A stretch of DNA of 64,000 nt from Bacillales bacterium (lineage in GTDB: Bacteria > Bacillota_I > Bacilli_A > RFN20 > CAG-826), in assembly GCA_052171195.1 (NCBI GenBank), contig JBQMZB010000001.1, positions 1,735 to 65,734 of the forward strand. Reading direction: 5' to 3'. The notes below the pieces were generated by a model. That model ran no database searches, was not told the DNA's origin, and saw only the letters and a list, made by a program, of their open reading frames with translations. This document shows, piece after piece, positions 44,958-55,228 of the stretch (positions are counted from its first letter, which is position 1; each line of letters opens with the position of its first letter). A program made the position numbers and the translations under genes.

Positions 44958-46916
44958 TTATTCACTTCCTTTCAATGATGGGTTAAATGCATCTCTTAAT
45001 CCATTACCGAATAAATTAAATGAAATCATCATTAAAGCCATAATAATAGATGGGATTAAAATTAAATAACTATTAGAAGATATAAATTGTTGATTTTCAC
45101 TTAAGATAACACCAAATGAATTCATACCCTTTAATCCTAATCCTAAATATGAAAGAGAAGATTCTACAAATATAACACTTGGAATCATAAATACTGATGA
45201 AGTAACAAGAGTCCCGAGTGAGTTAGGTAAAATGTGTTTAAAAATTAATCTAGTATCACTACTTCCTAATGTTCTACTAGCTAAAACATATTCTCTTCCT
45301 TTAAATCTATAGAATTGAGCACGAGTTGTTGCAGCAACACCCATCCATCCAGTAATACATAAAGCAATAGTAAATGTTAAGAAATTTTGACCTAAATATA
45401 ATATGCATAAGGTCATAATAACAATCCAAGGTACACGGCCTAATATATCAGTAAATCTTTCCATTAAAAGGTCAGTCCATCCTCCAAAATAGCCAGAGAA
45501 TGAGCCCCAAATAATACCAATTATAAAGTTAATTAATGATGTAACAACACCTAAAACTAAAGATGTTCTTAAACTTTTAAATATAATATGTATAAAATCT
45601 TTGCCTAATGAATCAGTACCGAAGATAAATTTAGGCATTTTAGAATAACCTAAATATTTATAATAAGTAACTTTACATTTTAATGAATAAGTTGTAACTA
45701 CACCTTCATTCGTGTATTGTTCATATACTTCTTTGATAGGACTATTTTCTTTATCTATAATTTCAAAAGATTTTACACCTTTTTTAAAATCATATTTAAT
45801 TAATCCTTGTTTAACATATTTTTTAATTTCGCTTGAAGAAACTTCCATTATTTTGTCACCATAAGTTGCTTTATAAACATCATATTTAAAATGACAATAA
45901 TAAATATCAGATTGATAAATAAATTTAGAACCATTTGAGTTGAAATAATTAATATTATCTTTGTTAGTTTCTTCGTCCTTAACAGTCAAAATTACTTGTT
46001 GAGCAGCATCTAACATTGAATAAGAATCCATTCTTTTTTGTTCTTCTATATCGTTAAGAACAGAAAATTTAATAGTTCTAATTAATAAAGCGTTTTTATT
46101 TTCATGTGATGGTAAAATTTCTATACCGACTTTGACATCTTTAACATTATTTTCAAGACCTACAGATTTTAGTTTAGAAGTTAAATCGAGTTCAACTACT
46201 TTATAATTTGATGAAAATTGTTCACTATAATAAGATTTTGTTGGTTTATTTTCATTATTATAATAACTGACATAAAATCTATATGGTGCTATATTGTAAT
46301 CTTTATCTTGAACTTGATCAGTTAAATCAAAGCTGACTTTATATTCTTTTGATAAATCTAAATCTAATTTATAAGATTCTAAATATTTAACTTCTTTTGT
46401 TAAATCTTTATTAACATCATAAACTCTATCTGCAACAAATCTAAGTTGTCCTCCAGTAGCGTATTTATTTCCTAAATTAGTTTTAGCTTTGCGATAAGTT
46501 AAATCAGAAACTGCTTCTTTAACAAAACCTGCTGGTGTTTCATTTTTAATATCAAATACTATGTCAGAATCATATCTTTTAGTACCATCCCAGAATCCAT
46601 TTGCGTTATCGAAAATTTTAGGAAGTAAAAATCTTTGTTCTATATGAGGAGTCTTAATATCACTTTGCAATATCATAGGTAAAATAATAGCAAATAAAAT
46701 AATTACTCCTAAAATAATACCACCTCCAACAGAGGATTTATTTTTAACAAATCTTTTTAAAGCATCTTTAAAAAAGGTTGTTGGTTTGCTATTAAATTTA
46801 AGGTCATGAATTTTTTTATCAATATTAACTTGATTAAAATCATCTTCTTTAATAGTTATTTTATGTTCTTGGTTTTTACTGTCAAAGTAAATAAAATTAT
46901 TCTCTTCTTTTTTCAT
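44958..46916 (-). CDS. oppC: Oligopeptide ABC transporter permease OppC with a large extracytoplasmic domain after TM1
   Basis: C-terminal ~210 aa is a normal OppC core with an EAA-type loop (ASRTLGSSDTRLIFKHILPN). A ~350 aa soluble segment follows the first TM. Confidence 0.8.
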   Translation of the reverse strand: MKKEENNFIYFDSKNQEHKITIKEDDFNQVNIDKKIHDLKFNSKPTTFFKDALKRFVKNKSSVGGGIILGVIILFAIILPMILQSDIKTPHIEQRFLLPKIFDNANGFWDGTKRYDSDIVFDIKNETPAGFVKEAVSDLTYRKAKTNLGNKYATGGQLRFVADRVYDVNKDLTKEVKYLESYKLDLDLSKEYKVSFDLTDQVQDKDYNIAPYRFYVSYYNNENKPTKSYYSEQFSSNYKVVELDLTSKLKSVGLENNVKDVKVGIEILPSHENKNALLIRTIKFSVLNDIEEQKRMDSYSMLDAAQQVILTVKDEETNKDNINYFNSNGSKFIYQSDIYYCHFKYDVYKATYGDKIMEVSSSEIKKYVKQGLIKYDFKKGVKSFEIIDKENSPIKEVYEQYTNEGVVTTYSLKCKVTYYKYLGYSKMPKFIFGTDSLGKDFIHIIFKSLRTSLVLGVVTSLINFIIGIIWGSFSGYFGGWTDLLMERFTDILGRVPWIVIMTLCILYLGQNFLTFTIALCITGWMGVAATTRAQFYRFKGREYVLASRTLGSSDTRLIFKHILPNSLGTLVTSSVFMIPSVIFVESSLSYLGLGLKGMNSFGVILSENQQFISSNSYLILIPSIIMALMMISFNLFGNGLRDAFNPSLKGSE

Positions 46917-46917
46917 A

Positions 46918-47967
46918 TTATTTCTTTGCTCCCATTCTGATACGTGGATCTATAAAACCATAAGAAAGGTCAACAAGTAATCCAGCGACTAAACCAATTA
47001 TAGTAATTAAAGCCATATCTACCATTAAAACATTATAATCAGTTGTAACACCAGGGTCACCTAAAGCATTAATATATAATGTTCCAATTCCAGGAATACC
47101 ATAAAGTTGCTCTAGAATCATCGAGCCTGATAAAACACCAATTACTTGTCCTATTAACATAGGAAAAATAGGAACAAGTGAATTTCTTAAAGCGTGTCTA
47201 ATAATAGTTTGTCTTTTTGTTAAACCTTTAGTTCTTGCTAAAAGTAAGAATTCAGATGCCATAACGTCAGTTAATTCTGCTCTGACCCATCTAGCGTAAG
47301 CACATATAGTACCCATAGATAAGGCAAAAACAGGTATAACATAACCAGCAATTTTTTCACTTCTAGCAGCCTGGATACTTGGCCATTGAGAAGGTAGTAA
47401 ATGAGTTTTATATGCTAAAACTATAATTGTAAAGGTAATTACGATAAATGATGGAATAGAAACAAATACTACAATTAAGGTAGAAATAACTCCATCCGTA
47501 ACAGTATTTTTCTTTAAAGCAGCGATTATTCCTAAAAGAAAACCTAATGGAACCGCAACAATAGTTGTAATTATATTAATTTTGATTGAATATGGTAAAC
47601 GCTCTAAAATAATTGTCATTGCGCTTTGACCAATACTAACATTAGTAGATGTACCCCAATCCCATTTAGTAACGATATTATGTAACCAAGTAAAATATTG
47701 TTCTAAAACTGGTTTTTGGTAAATATAGTGTCTAACATTATTTGAATCAATAAAATTATAGATTAATCTTCCATAACCTGTTTGTTCAGTGTTAAAATCC
47801 ACCATATATCCTAGAGCTACTTGCTTATAATAAAAAGCTTGTACTTGAGGAGGGAATCCTGCAGGAGTTGATGGTGGTAATAATTTAATTAATATAAATG
47901 TTAAAGATAATATTATAAATGCTGTAAACAATATTAATACTATTCTCTGTAATACGTATTTAAACAT
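46918..47967 (-). CDS. oppB: Oligopeptide ABC transporter permease OppB
   Basis: MFKYVLQRI start, EAA loop LLARTKGLTKRQTIIRHALRN, 349 aa. Confidence 0.85.
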   Translation of the reverse strand: MFKYVLQRIVLILFTAFIILSLTFILIKLLPPSTPAGFPPQVQAFYYKQVALGYMVDFNTEQTGYGRLIYNFIDSNNVRHYIYQKPVLEQYFTWLHNIVTKWDWGTSTNVSIGQSAMTIILERLPYSIKINIITTIVAVPLGFLLGIIAALKKNTVTDGVISTLIVVFVSIPSFIVITFTIIVLAYKTHLLPSQWPSIQAARSEKIAGYVIPVFALSMGTICAYARWVRAELTDVMASEFLLLARTKGLTKRQTIIRHALRNSLVPIFPMLIGQVIGVLSGSMILEQLYGIPGIGTLYINALGDPGVTTDYNVLMVDMALITIIGLVAGLLVDLSYGFIDPRIRMGAKK

Positions 47968-48043
47968 AAAGAACCTCCAATTAACTTTACAATTATAACT
48001 TATTTTAAAGTTAATTTCCTTAAAAAGTATCTAAAATAACAAT

Positions 48044-48075
48044 AAAGATTGAGGCTAAGGAGAACCTCAATCTTT
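48044..48075 (-). terminator. Intra-operon hairpin (attenuator/terminator) between oppA and oppB
   Basis: 11-bp stem AAAGATTGAGG / CCTCAATCTTT with T-rich flanks. Confidence 0.55.
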
Positions 48076-48121
48076 ATTTTTAAAATAATTTATTAAAATT
48101 TGTCGACTTATAAATATTAAA

Positions 48122-50956
48122 CTAACCTTTTAATTTGGTATAGTTATGGAATTCTCCAAGATGTTGTGAATAGTTAACTACTTTGCCATTACCTAAAGTA
48201 ATTTCAAAATCAATGTAAACATCATATCTGTTATTGTATTTTGCATATCCTGGACCATAATCTAAATCATTAAAAGAGTTATCAATACTGAATGTAAGTA
48301 AGTTAGTATTTTCGTCATAGGTAAATTCACCTTCACCTAATGTTTTTCTCTTAACTTCACCAGTACCAGAACCGCTGTTAGTTGCGAAATCTTCAATAGA
48401 AATTGATTTTACTTTAACTTTAAATCCTTCATTAGCAGCAATTCTTACTTTGTTTTTAAATGTAACTGATTGAGTTGCATCATCAATGATTGTTTCAATA
48501 TCTTTAACATCATCGCCTTCTTCGTTCTTTTTAGTTCCAATTTCGAAGACATATGGACTAATAACTTCACCATTTTCTACAAAAACACCACCACCTGAAC
48601 CAGCTTTTTGTAAAGCATCAAAGCTCCATAATTTTCCATCATAGAATAATTTTCCATCATTTTTAGATGTATCTGGTCCAAAGTTTAAAGTAAATCCAGA
48701 AACGTTATCGCTTCTTAAAATTTGGAAGAAGCCAATTGGATCGTTTTCAATACCAGAGATTGCACCAATAGCAATATCGAATTGTCCTTGTTGCATTGCA
48801 TCATAGACATCGCCGAATTTACTACCAGCAACAACGTTTTCAATTTCAAGTCTAAATCTTGGATCAACAGAATTAAATGTTTCAATCATGTATTTGGTTA
48901 ATGGTTCACCGAATGATTTAACAACGTTTTGGTTACCGTATTTAGCGTTAATTTTAATAACAGTTGGATTTTCTTTTGTTCCAATTTTTAAGTTACCTTT
49001 TGCAACTTCTTCTTGGAGAGCTAACTTAAACATTAATCTAGCTGCGTCTGGATTAAATCCGACTTTATTTGGATAACGATGTTTAATAGCGTCTTTATGA
49101 GCTTGTGATTCGTAATATTTATGTTCTTTACCTTCACTATCTTTATAATGATATTTTTCAGATAAGTAATTTTGAGAAGAACTCATATTTTGAGAAGCAG
49201 CGAATTGTTCACGGTTAACAGAATAATATAAACCATTTAAGAAGTGGTTGTTAGACATAATTGGTTTAACGTTCCATTTCTTATCTTCACTGTTTTTATA
49301 AATTGTTCCATCTTTACCAAATAAAATATCATAGTTCTTTTGATTTAATGCGTTAAAATTAAATTTCCATGTTGTATCTTCAGGAATTTGAGTTGTTCTT
49401 GGATCGTTAAGATATTTTTCAAGGAAAGTACCTGGGATTGAACTTGAATCTAATTTATTTGCTAAAAATTCTTTAAAGACAGCTTCTGTATCAGTTTTAG
49501 CAGCGGTAATAACTGCGGTGTGAATACCTTCAATGTGATACATATTGTCCTTTTCAGCATTTCTAATCCAGTATGGATTACGTTTATAGACAATAGCCTT
49601 ATCTTTTTCATAATATTCAAGAGTGTAAGGACCAAGTCCTAAAGTAGTGTCAACAGGAGTTAAATCACCATTTTCAGAGAAGCAACCATATTTTTCAGCT
49701 CCACCAACTTTTTCGATAAATTCATATGGAAGAGGCATATATAAATCTGATGAGAATGATTCTTCAAAGTTTTCAACTAATTGAGGTTTTGAGAATTCAA
49801 CTTGGATAAAACTTCCTTCTTCATCTCTTCCAGCTTTAACACCTAATTTAGCAAATGCGGCATCATTATATCCATCTTTTGATTCATTCCAGCAATCTTG
49901 TGCACCTTTAATAGGTGTTTTATAAGTTTCGCCAAGCATTTCAGATCCACGGAATAAATTATTTTTTTGTGTAAATAAGCATTTAAACGGAGTTAAGTAG
50001 TCATCTAATTTAACTTCTCTACCATCAAATTCTTTAAATTTTTGTGAATTGGTATTATATTTTAAACCACTGCCTTCAGCTTTAACATAAATTTTAAATG
50101 TATTAGCCTTCTTTTCTGCACCTTCACCACTTGGTTTAACGGCAACAAATTTATCTTTGGCAGATAAGAGAGGTTTAATTACTTTATCATTTTTTTCTTC
50201 ATTTAATTCATATGTAAAGTATGAAGAACCAATATTATCTGCTAAATCAGTAACACCTTGAGAATTTGAATTCCAAATATTTACATTGTGCGGATCTTCA
50301 CTGACAGCGTTATGATAATAATATTTATAGTTTGGATTTGTTTCACCTTCTAATGGTGCAGTAAGTTTACCATAGGTTAAAACACCAAAACCATAACCCT
50401 TAACATAAGTTTCGACTCCTTTTTGAACACGTTCATGATACATTATTTTTTTACCATCACCTGCAAATGGTAATCCGGTTAAAAATTCATCTTGAGCATA
50501 TTTTTCCAAAGCTCCGAGAAGTTTAAATTTTTCTTCAACATCTTTTCCTGAATAATCATAGAATCCAGAAGCACCTTCACCAACAACTTTAACATGATAG
50601 CTATTGACATGACCTTTATCGCTATCGAGAGCAATAATTTCAGCAACACCTGGTCTTAATGCTTTAAATTTACCATTTTCATCAACTTCTAAAACATCTC
50701 TATCAGATGAAGAATATTGAATTGATAAATCACTTTCACTAACACCTTCAAAGTCAGTAAGGACAACTTTTCCTTCTTCAGCAACTTTGAATTCATTTTT
50801 ACCACTTTCTTCTTTTAAATTGAAAACGGTAAGTTTTTCTTGATCAACAGGTTTAGGTTTTTCTTTGTTTTTGTTACAGGATGAAAGTCCTAAAGAAAGA
50901 GTACCTAAGGTCAAACTTGTTAAAACAAAAAGTAAACCTTTTTTCTTGAATTTCAT
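48122..50956 (-). CDS. oppA: Oligopeptide-binding lipoprotein OppA (SBP family 5) with an N-terminal Big_2 Ig-like domain and a C-terminal extension
   Basis: Lipobox LGLSSC. IQYSSSDRDVLEVDENGKFKALRPGVAEIIA is a Big_2 signature. The central region has an SBP_bac_5-like pattern. 944 aa. Confidence 0.75.
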   Translation of the reverse strand: MKFKKKGLLFVLTSLTLGTLSLGLSSCNKNKEKPKPVDQEKLTVFNLKEESGKNEFKVAEEGKVVLTDFEGVSESDLSIQYSSSDRDVLEVDENGKFKALRPGVAEIIALDSDKGHVNSYHVKVVGEGASGFYDYSGKDVEEKFKLLGALEKYAQDEFLTGLPFAGDGKKIMYHERVQKGVETYVKGYGFGVLTYGKLTAPLEGETNPNYKYYYHNAVSEDPHNVNIWNSNSQGVTDLADNIGSSYFTYELNEEKNDKVIKPLLSAKDKFVAVKPSGEGAEKKANTFKIYVKAEGSGLKYNTNSQKFKEFDGREVKLDDYLTPFKCLFTQKNNLFRGSEMLGETYKTPIKGAQDCWNESKDGYNDAAFAKLGVKAGRDEEGSFIQVEFSKPQLVENFEESFSSDLYMPLPYEFIEKVGGAEKYGCFSENGDLTPVDTTLGLGPYTLEYYEKDKAIVYKRNPYWIRNAEKDNMYHIEGIHTAVITAAKTDTEAVFKEFLANKLDSSSIPGTFLEKYLNDPRTTQIPEDTTWKFNFNALNQKNYDILFGKDGTIYKNSEDKKWNVKPIMSNNHFLNGLYYSVNREQFAASQNMSSSQNYLSEKYHYKDSEGKEHKYYESQAHKDAIKHRYPNKVGFNPDAARLMFKLALQEEVAKGNLKIGTKENPTVIKINAKYGNQNVVKSFGEPLTKYMIETFNSVDPRFRLEIENVVAGSKFGDVYDAMQQGQFDIAIGAISGIENDPIGFFQILRSDNVSGFTLNFGPDTSKNDGKLFYDGKLWSFDALQKAGSGGGVFVENGEVISPYVFEIGTKKNEEGDDVKDIETIIDDATQSVTFKNKVRIAANEGFKVKVKSISIEDFATNSGSGTGEVKRKTLGEGEFTYDENTNLLTFSIDNSFNDLDYGPGYAKYNNRYDVYIDFEITLGNGKVVNYSQHLGEFHNYTKLKG

Positions 50957-51086
50957 AATAAATCTCCTTTTTATTATTAGTCAATTTATTCTATTAAAAA
51001 CTAATTAGATAACTGACATGAAATTATTGTATATAAAAATGACAATTATTTAATTTTTTAGCCATTATCTTAATACTATCTTAATA

Positions 51087-51515
51087 TTAAGAAAGCTTAT
51101 AAATAATAAATACTACGATGATTGCGATAAGAAATATTAAAGAAGCTAAATAGTATGGTAAAAATTTTAATCTTTCTTTTTTTCTTTTAAAATCTTTAAT
51201 TTCTTTATATTCAATTAAGTCTTTATATTTCTTTTTTCCGTTTTTTTGAAATAAATAAAATTTATTAACAATTGAGTAATTAAAGGCATCAAATGTACCA
51301 AAATTAAAAATAATTTCTAGGCTACCAATCGAAAAAAGTATTATAAATGATAATAATAAACCATTTAAAGCAAAATAAAGGTTAAATTTATTACCTAATA
51401 AGTAAATTATTAAAATAGAAACACCAAATATTACATTTATAATCGTATTTATTAAATAATTAAATAATTTTGAATTCTTATATAAATCAATAAGATTTAG
51501 ATTCCTTTTTTTCAT
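51087..51515 (-). CDS. Small four-helix membrane protein (DUF3899-like), translationally coupled to the S8 protease gene
   Basis: 142 aa. The start lies 2 nt after the protease stop. A charged loop KYKDLIEYKEIKDFKRKKER sits between hydrophobic helices. Confidence 0.45.
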   Translation of the reverse strand: MKKRNLNLIDLYKNSKLFNYLINTIINVIFGVSILIIYLLGNKFNLYFALNGLLLSFIILFSIGSLEIIFNFGTFDAFNYSIVNKFYLFQKNGKKKYKDLIEYKEIKDFKRKKERLKFLPYYLASLIFLIAIIVVFIIYKLS

Positions 51516-51517
51516 AT

Positions 51518-54500
51518 TTATTTTTGTTTCCTTAACATATATTTATATAACATTATAATTCCTATAAGGCTTATAGCCACTATAGCAAATAATGTTCTAA
51601 TTGTTTTATAAATTGTTAATAAATTTATATTATTCTTTTTATTTTTCTTAACAAGAATAAAACTATCTTGTTCACTTACAAAACTTAGTTGACCATCCTT
51701 TAAAGTATAATTTATTTTACTTAATTCATTATTTTCATCATAAGTATATAATTCAATCTCATTATTTTTATATTTTTTTAAATCTTGAATATAAACATTA
51801 TATATTTTTTCATTATATATATTTACTTTATTTGATGAATTGAAGAAATTAAAACTTATCTTATTAGCCTTAATCTTTTGGTTATTATTTTCAATTATTA
51901 TATCTTCTAATTTATAATTAAATTTATCTACTTTATTTAATTGATTATTAATAATATAATCAATTTTATTGTTCTTATTATATCTATATAATAATGTTAA
52001 ATATGCACCTTTTTTATTAACAACTTTAACATTAAATTGTTCATTGTTATTTTTTAAAGAATCTAATGATTTATCATAAAAATATATTTTCTTTTCCTTA
52101 TCATAATAAAAATCTATATTTATTTTATTTTCATAAATTGAGGCAATATTATCTCCATTGAAATAAAATCTGATTGCATCTTTTTTTAAATGTGATGAAT
52201 ATATAAACTCATAATCAATAAAGGTAGGTTCGTTAGCTATTCCATAATAAGAGATTATAACGTTATATCTTTTTACTTGATGTTTTTTTGAAGGTAATGT
52301 GTAATCAAACTCTAAAATATATTTTCCATCTTCAAATAATGGTTGATCTTTTTTATCAAATAAATTTATAAATAAATAAGCTTTGTTAGCAATGTTTGAA
52401 CCACTATAACGATCATATGCGAGTGATTTAACTAAAATTTTACCATTTGAATGATGATTGAATAAAGAAACACTATTTTCTAAATGCCAAGTTTTACATA
52501 CCTCATTAGTTTCTTTTTTTCTTAAAGTTACTTTATTATCAATAATAGTACGATTAATGCTTTGTTGAATTAATACGTGGTTAGATTCATTATAAGTACC
52601 TAACACTAATGAATTATCTTTTTTATTGATGGTTACAGGTTTTGATTCTTTTAAAATGGTATTTCTATTATGATAAAAGCCATTTAAATCTTGATAATAT
52701 TTATTACTAACTCTTAAAAAACTACCAAAATCGGCATTTTTTAATCCTAAACTGTCTTTAACATAAGAATTAAGAATATCTGAATTATCTAATACATCCT
52801 TATTTGGTTTTTCAAAATCAAAATCTTCTACACAACTAGCGTTATCATAATCACCATAAAAGCCATTAAATGGAATATTTAAATCATAGGTAGGATTATC
52901 AATACATGCTAAAACTAAGTATCCTTCAATAAATGTTCCATTTGGAAAATTTGATAAATATTCTTTTGAAGATTTTGAAATTTCATAATTTACATTAAAT
53001 TTATTATTTGTGTGATTAAGTTCTACTGTATTTACAATTTCTTCTAATACAATATTTTTATCATATTGAACTAAACCATTATTCAATAATTTATCACAAT
53101 GATCTGCTTTAATTATATCTGGTGCTTCAATTACTAATTTTTGTTTATATTTAATACTTTGATTTAAATAATTTACTATTTCATAATCAAAATTAATAAT
53201 ACCTTTTTTAATATCATTATTATTTTTAAGTTCAATTTTACTCTTATTATATTCATTATTTGTTTTAATAAATAATGGGGATTCTAACGTCTTTTTTAAG
53301 TCAGGAATTCCTGCACCCATTTTTCTTGGTGAATAATAAGCATTATTTATTTGTTTAAATAATCTTGAGTTACTCATTACTTTATTTAAGATATCTTTTC
53401 TATCTTTTAAATTATCTAAACCTTTGTTTTTTAACTCACCGATTATGCATGCTATAAGACCACTAAAATTTGGAGCAGCCATACTAGTTCCACTATAAAA
53501 ACGATATTTCTTATCATCAATACCAGAAAAAACATTATTACCTGGAGCAACAATATCTGGAATCAAATCAAGCATAGCAGTGCTTCCATCACTAGAAAAT
53601 GTTGAGATATAATCTTTACCTATAGTTAATTTATATTCACTTTCACTTTTAAGTATAACATATGAATTATAATCAATATAACCTGTTGGAATTAAATACT
53701 TTTGTTCTAAATTTTCGAAATTAAAATATTTTACATTTTTATTACTTTCTTTATTATTTGAGACTAAGACTGCAATTGCGCCATGTTTTTTTGCATTTTT
53801 AACTTTTTGTGCAAAAGTGATTTCACCTCTTAAAACAATAGCTATTTTATCTTTAACATCTATAGATTTATAATCTTCTTCTTTACCTAAATTTGGTACA
53901 AAAACATATTCAAATTGATTATTACCCTTTATTAAAGAATGGAGAGGTAACATCGGATCATAGATTGTAGATTTAGGTCCAGAAGTAGATGGAAGTTTAA
54001 AACTAACAACTTGATCTCTTACTTTAATTATTTTATTAGAAAATGTTTTAATCGAGGAAGGAATCATTATATCATCATCTAAATTGCTAGAACCCACAAC
54101 TGATGTATATTTAGATAAAGCAAAACCTCCAATACTTCCTGGTTCTATAGAATTTAATGATAAATTTTCTAAAGGTGTCGAAAATAAATCACCTTTTCCA
54201 TCATTACCTGCAGCCATATTAATAAATCTACCTTTATTATGTATCTTTTTAGCTATATTATCGAATAATACGTTATTATCTTGATCTTCTAAAAAAGTCC
54301 CAAGAGACATATTGATAACATCTGCTTCCATTAACATAGCATCCTCTAATGCTTTCAAAATTAATTCATTAGTAAAACTTCCTTTTTCGGTGGTTGCTTT
54401 CATTAATGCTAAAGAAGAATTTTTAGCGCTACCGATAAAACTATTATTTGCTCCAATAATTCCGCTTACATGTGTTCCATGCGCTGTTTTATCAATATCT

Positions 54501-55138
54501 TTTAATGCTTCTATAGAATTATTTAAAGATCCATAATTATAATAAAATGGTATTTTATTATTATATTTTTTAAAATTCTTAGCAAATTTTAATTTAGTTC
54601 TATCAATGTTTATATTTACATCATACAGGTTTGAAAACATCTCATGTCTTAAATCAAACCCTGTATCTATAATTGCAATCAATACATTTTTTCCATCACT
54701 AAAAGAACTATATTTTGGATAATTCATTTCTTTTCGAGAATAATTTTGATCTGGTTTAATAATATTATTATCATAATTAAAGGAATCAAAATAAGTCTTA
54801 TTATAGTTATATTGTTGATATGATTTATTTAGAGTTAAATTTTGAATATATGGTGATTTTTTTATAATATCTAAATATTTTTCATTTACCTTTAATTGAA
54901 CAATATTACCAATTTCATTAAATTCATTTTTAATTTCATAATCAAAATTTAACTTATAATTTAAGTCTCTAAGGAATTTATTTTTAATGATATTGTTATC
55001 TTTAAGATTATTTTTATCTTGTAAAGAAATAATAATATCCCTATTTTTTATAGGTAATTTTTCTAATTTATTAAAGCTTAAATTAATAGGTAATAACGTA
55101 AGTAAAGTTAAACATTGAATAATATAATTTATTTTCAT
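51518..55138 (-). CDS. Cell-envelope S8 subtilisin-like serine protease with a PA domain and a C-terminal TM anchor
   Basis: Catalytic triad blocks AIIDTGFD, HGTHVSGIIG, SGTSMAAPNFSG. PA insert IAIVLRGEITFAQKVKNAKKHGAIAVLV. Signal peptide. C-terminal helix plus RKQK. 1206 aa. Confidence 0.85.
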   Translation of the reverse strand: MKINYIIQCLTLLTLLPINLSFNKLEKLPIKNRDIIISLQDKNNLKDNNIIKNKFLRDLNYKLNFDYEIKNEFNEIGNIVQLKVNEKYLDIIKKSPYIQNLTLNKSYQQYNYNKTYFDSFNYDNNIIKPDQNYSRKEMNYPKYSSFSDGKNVLIAIIDTGFDLRHEMFSNLYDVNINIDRTKLKFAKNFKKYNNKIPFYYNYGSLNNSIEALKDIDKTAHGTHVSGIIGANNSFIGSAKNSSLALMKATTEKGSFTNELILKALEDAMLMEADVINMSLGTFLEDQDNNVLFDNIAKKIHNKGRFINMAAGNDGKGDLFSTPLENLSLNSIEPGSIGGFALSKYTSVVGSSNLDDDIMIPSSIKTFSNKIIKVRDQVVSFKLPSTSGPKSTIYDPMLPLHSLIKGNNQFEYVFVPNLGKEEDYKSIDVKDKIAIVLRGEITFAQKVKNAKKHGAIAVLVSNNKESNKNVKYFNFENLEQKYLIPTGYIDYNSYVILKSESEYKLTIGKDYISTFSSDGSTAMLDLIPDIVAPGNNVFSGIDDKKYRFYSGTSMAAPNFSGLIACIIGELKNKGLDNLKDRKDILNKVMSNSRLFKQINNAYYSPRKMGAGIPDLKKTLESPLFIKTNNEYNKSKIELKNNNDIKKGIINFDYEIVNYLNQSIKYKQKLVIEAPDIIKADHCDKLLNNGLVQYDKNIVLEEIVNTVELNHTNNKFNVNYEISKSSKEYLSNFPNGTFIEGYLVLACIDNPTYDLNIPFNGFYGDYDNASCVEDFDFEKPNKDVLDNSDILNSYVKDSLGLKNADFGSFLRVSNKYYQDLNGFYHNRNTILKESKPVTINKKDNSLVLGTYNESNHVLIQQSINRTIIDNKVTLRKKETNEVCKTWHLENSVSLFNHHSNGKILVKSLAYDRYSGSNIANKAYLFINLFDKKDQPLFEDGKYILEFDYTLPSKKHQVKRYNVIISYYGIANEPTFIDYEFIYSSHLKKDAIRFYFNGDNIASIYENKINIDFYYDKEKKIYFYDKSLDSLKNNNEQFNVKVVNKKGAYLTLLYRYNKNNKIDYIINNQLNKVDKFNYKLEDIIIENNNQKIKANKISFNFFNSSNKVNIYNEKIYNVYIQDLKKYKNNEIELYTYDENNELSKINYTLKDGQLSFVSEQDSFILVKKNKKNNINLLTIYKTIRTLFAIVAISLIGIIMLYKYMLRKQK

Positions 55139-55228
55139 ATCATAATTATAACAAATTATCTTTAAATATTCTTAAATATGCAGCTTATAATAAATAAATT
55201 AATTTTAAAAACTATATATAGTATTTAA

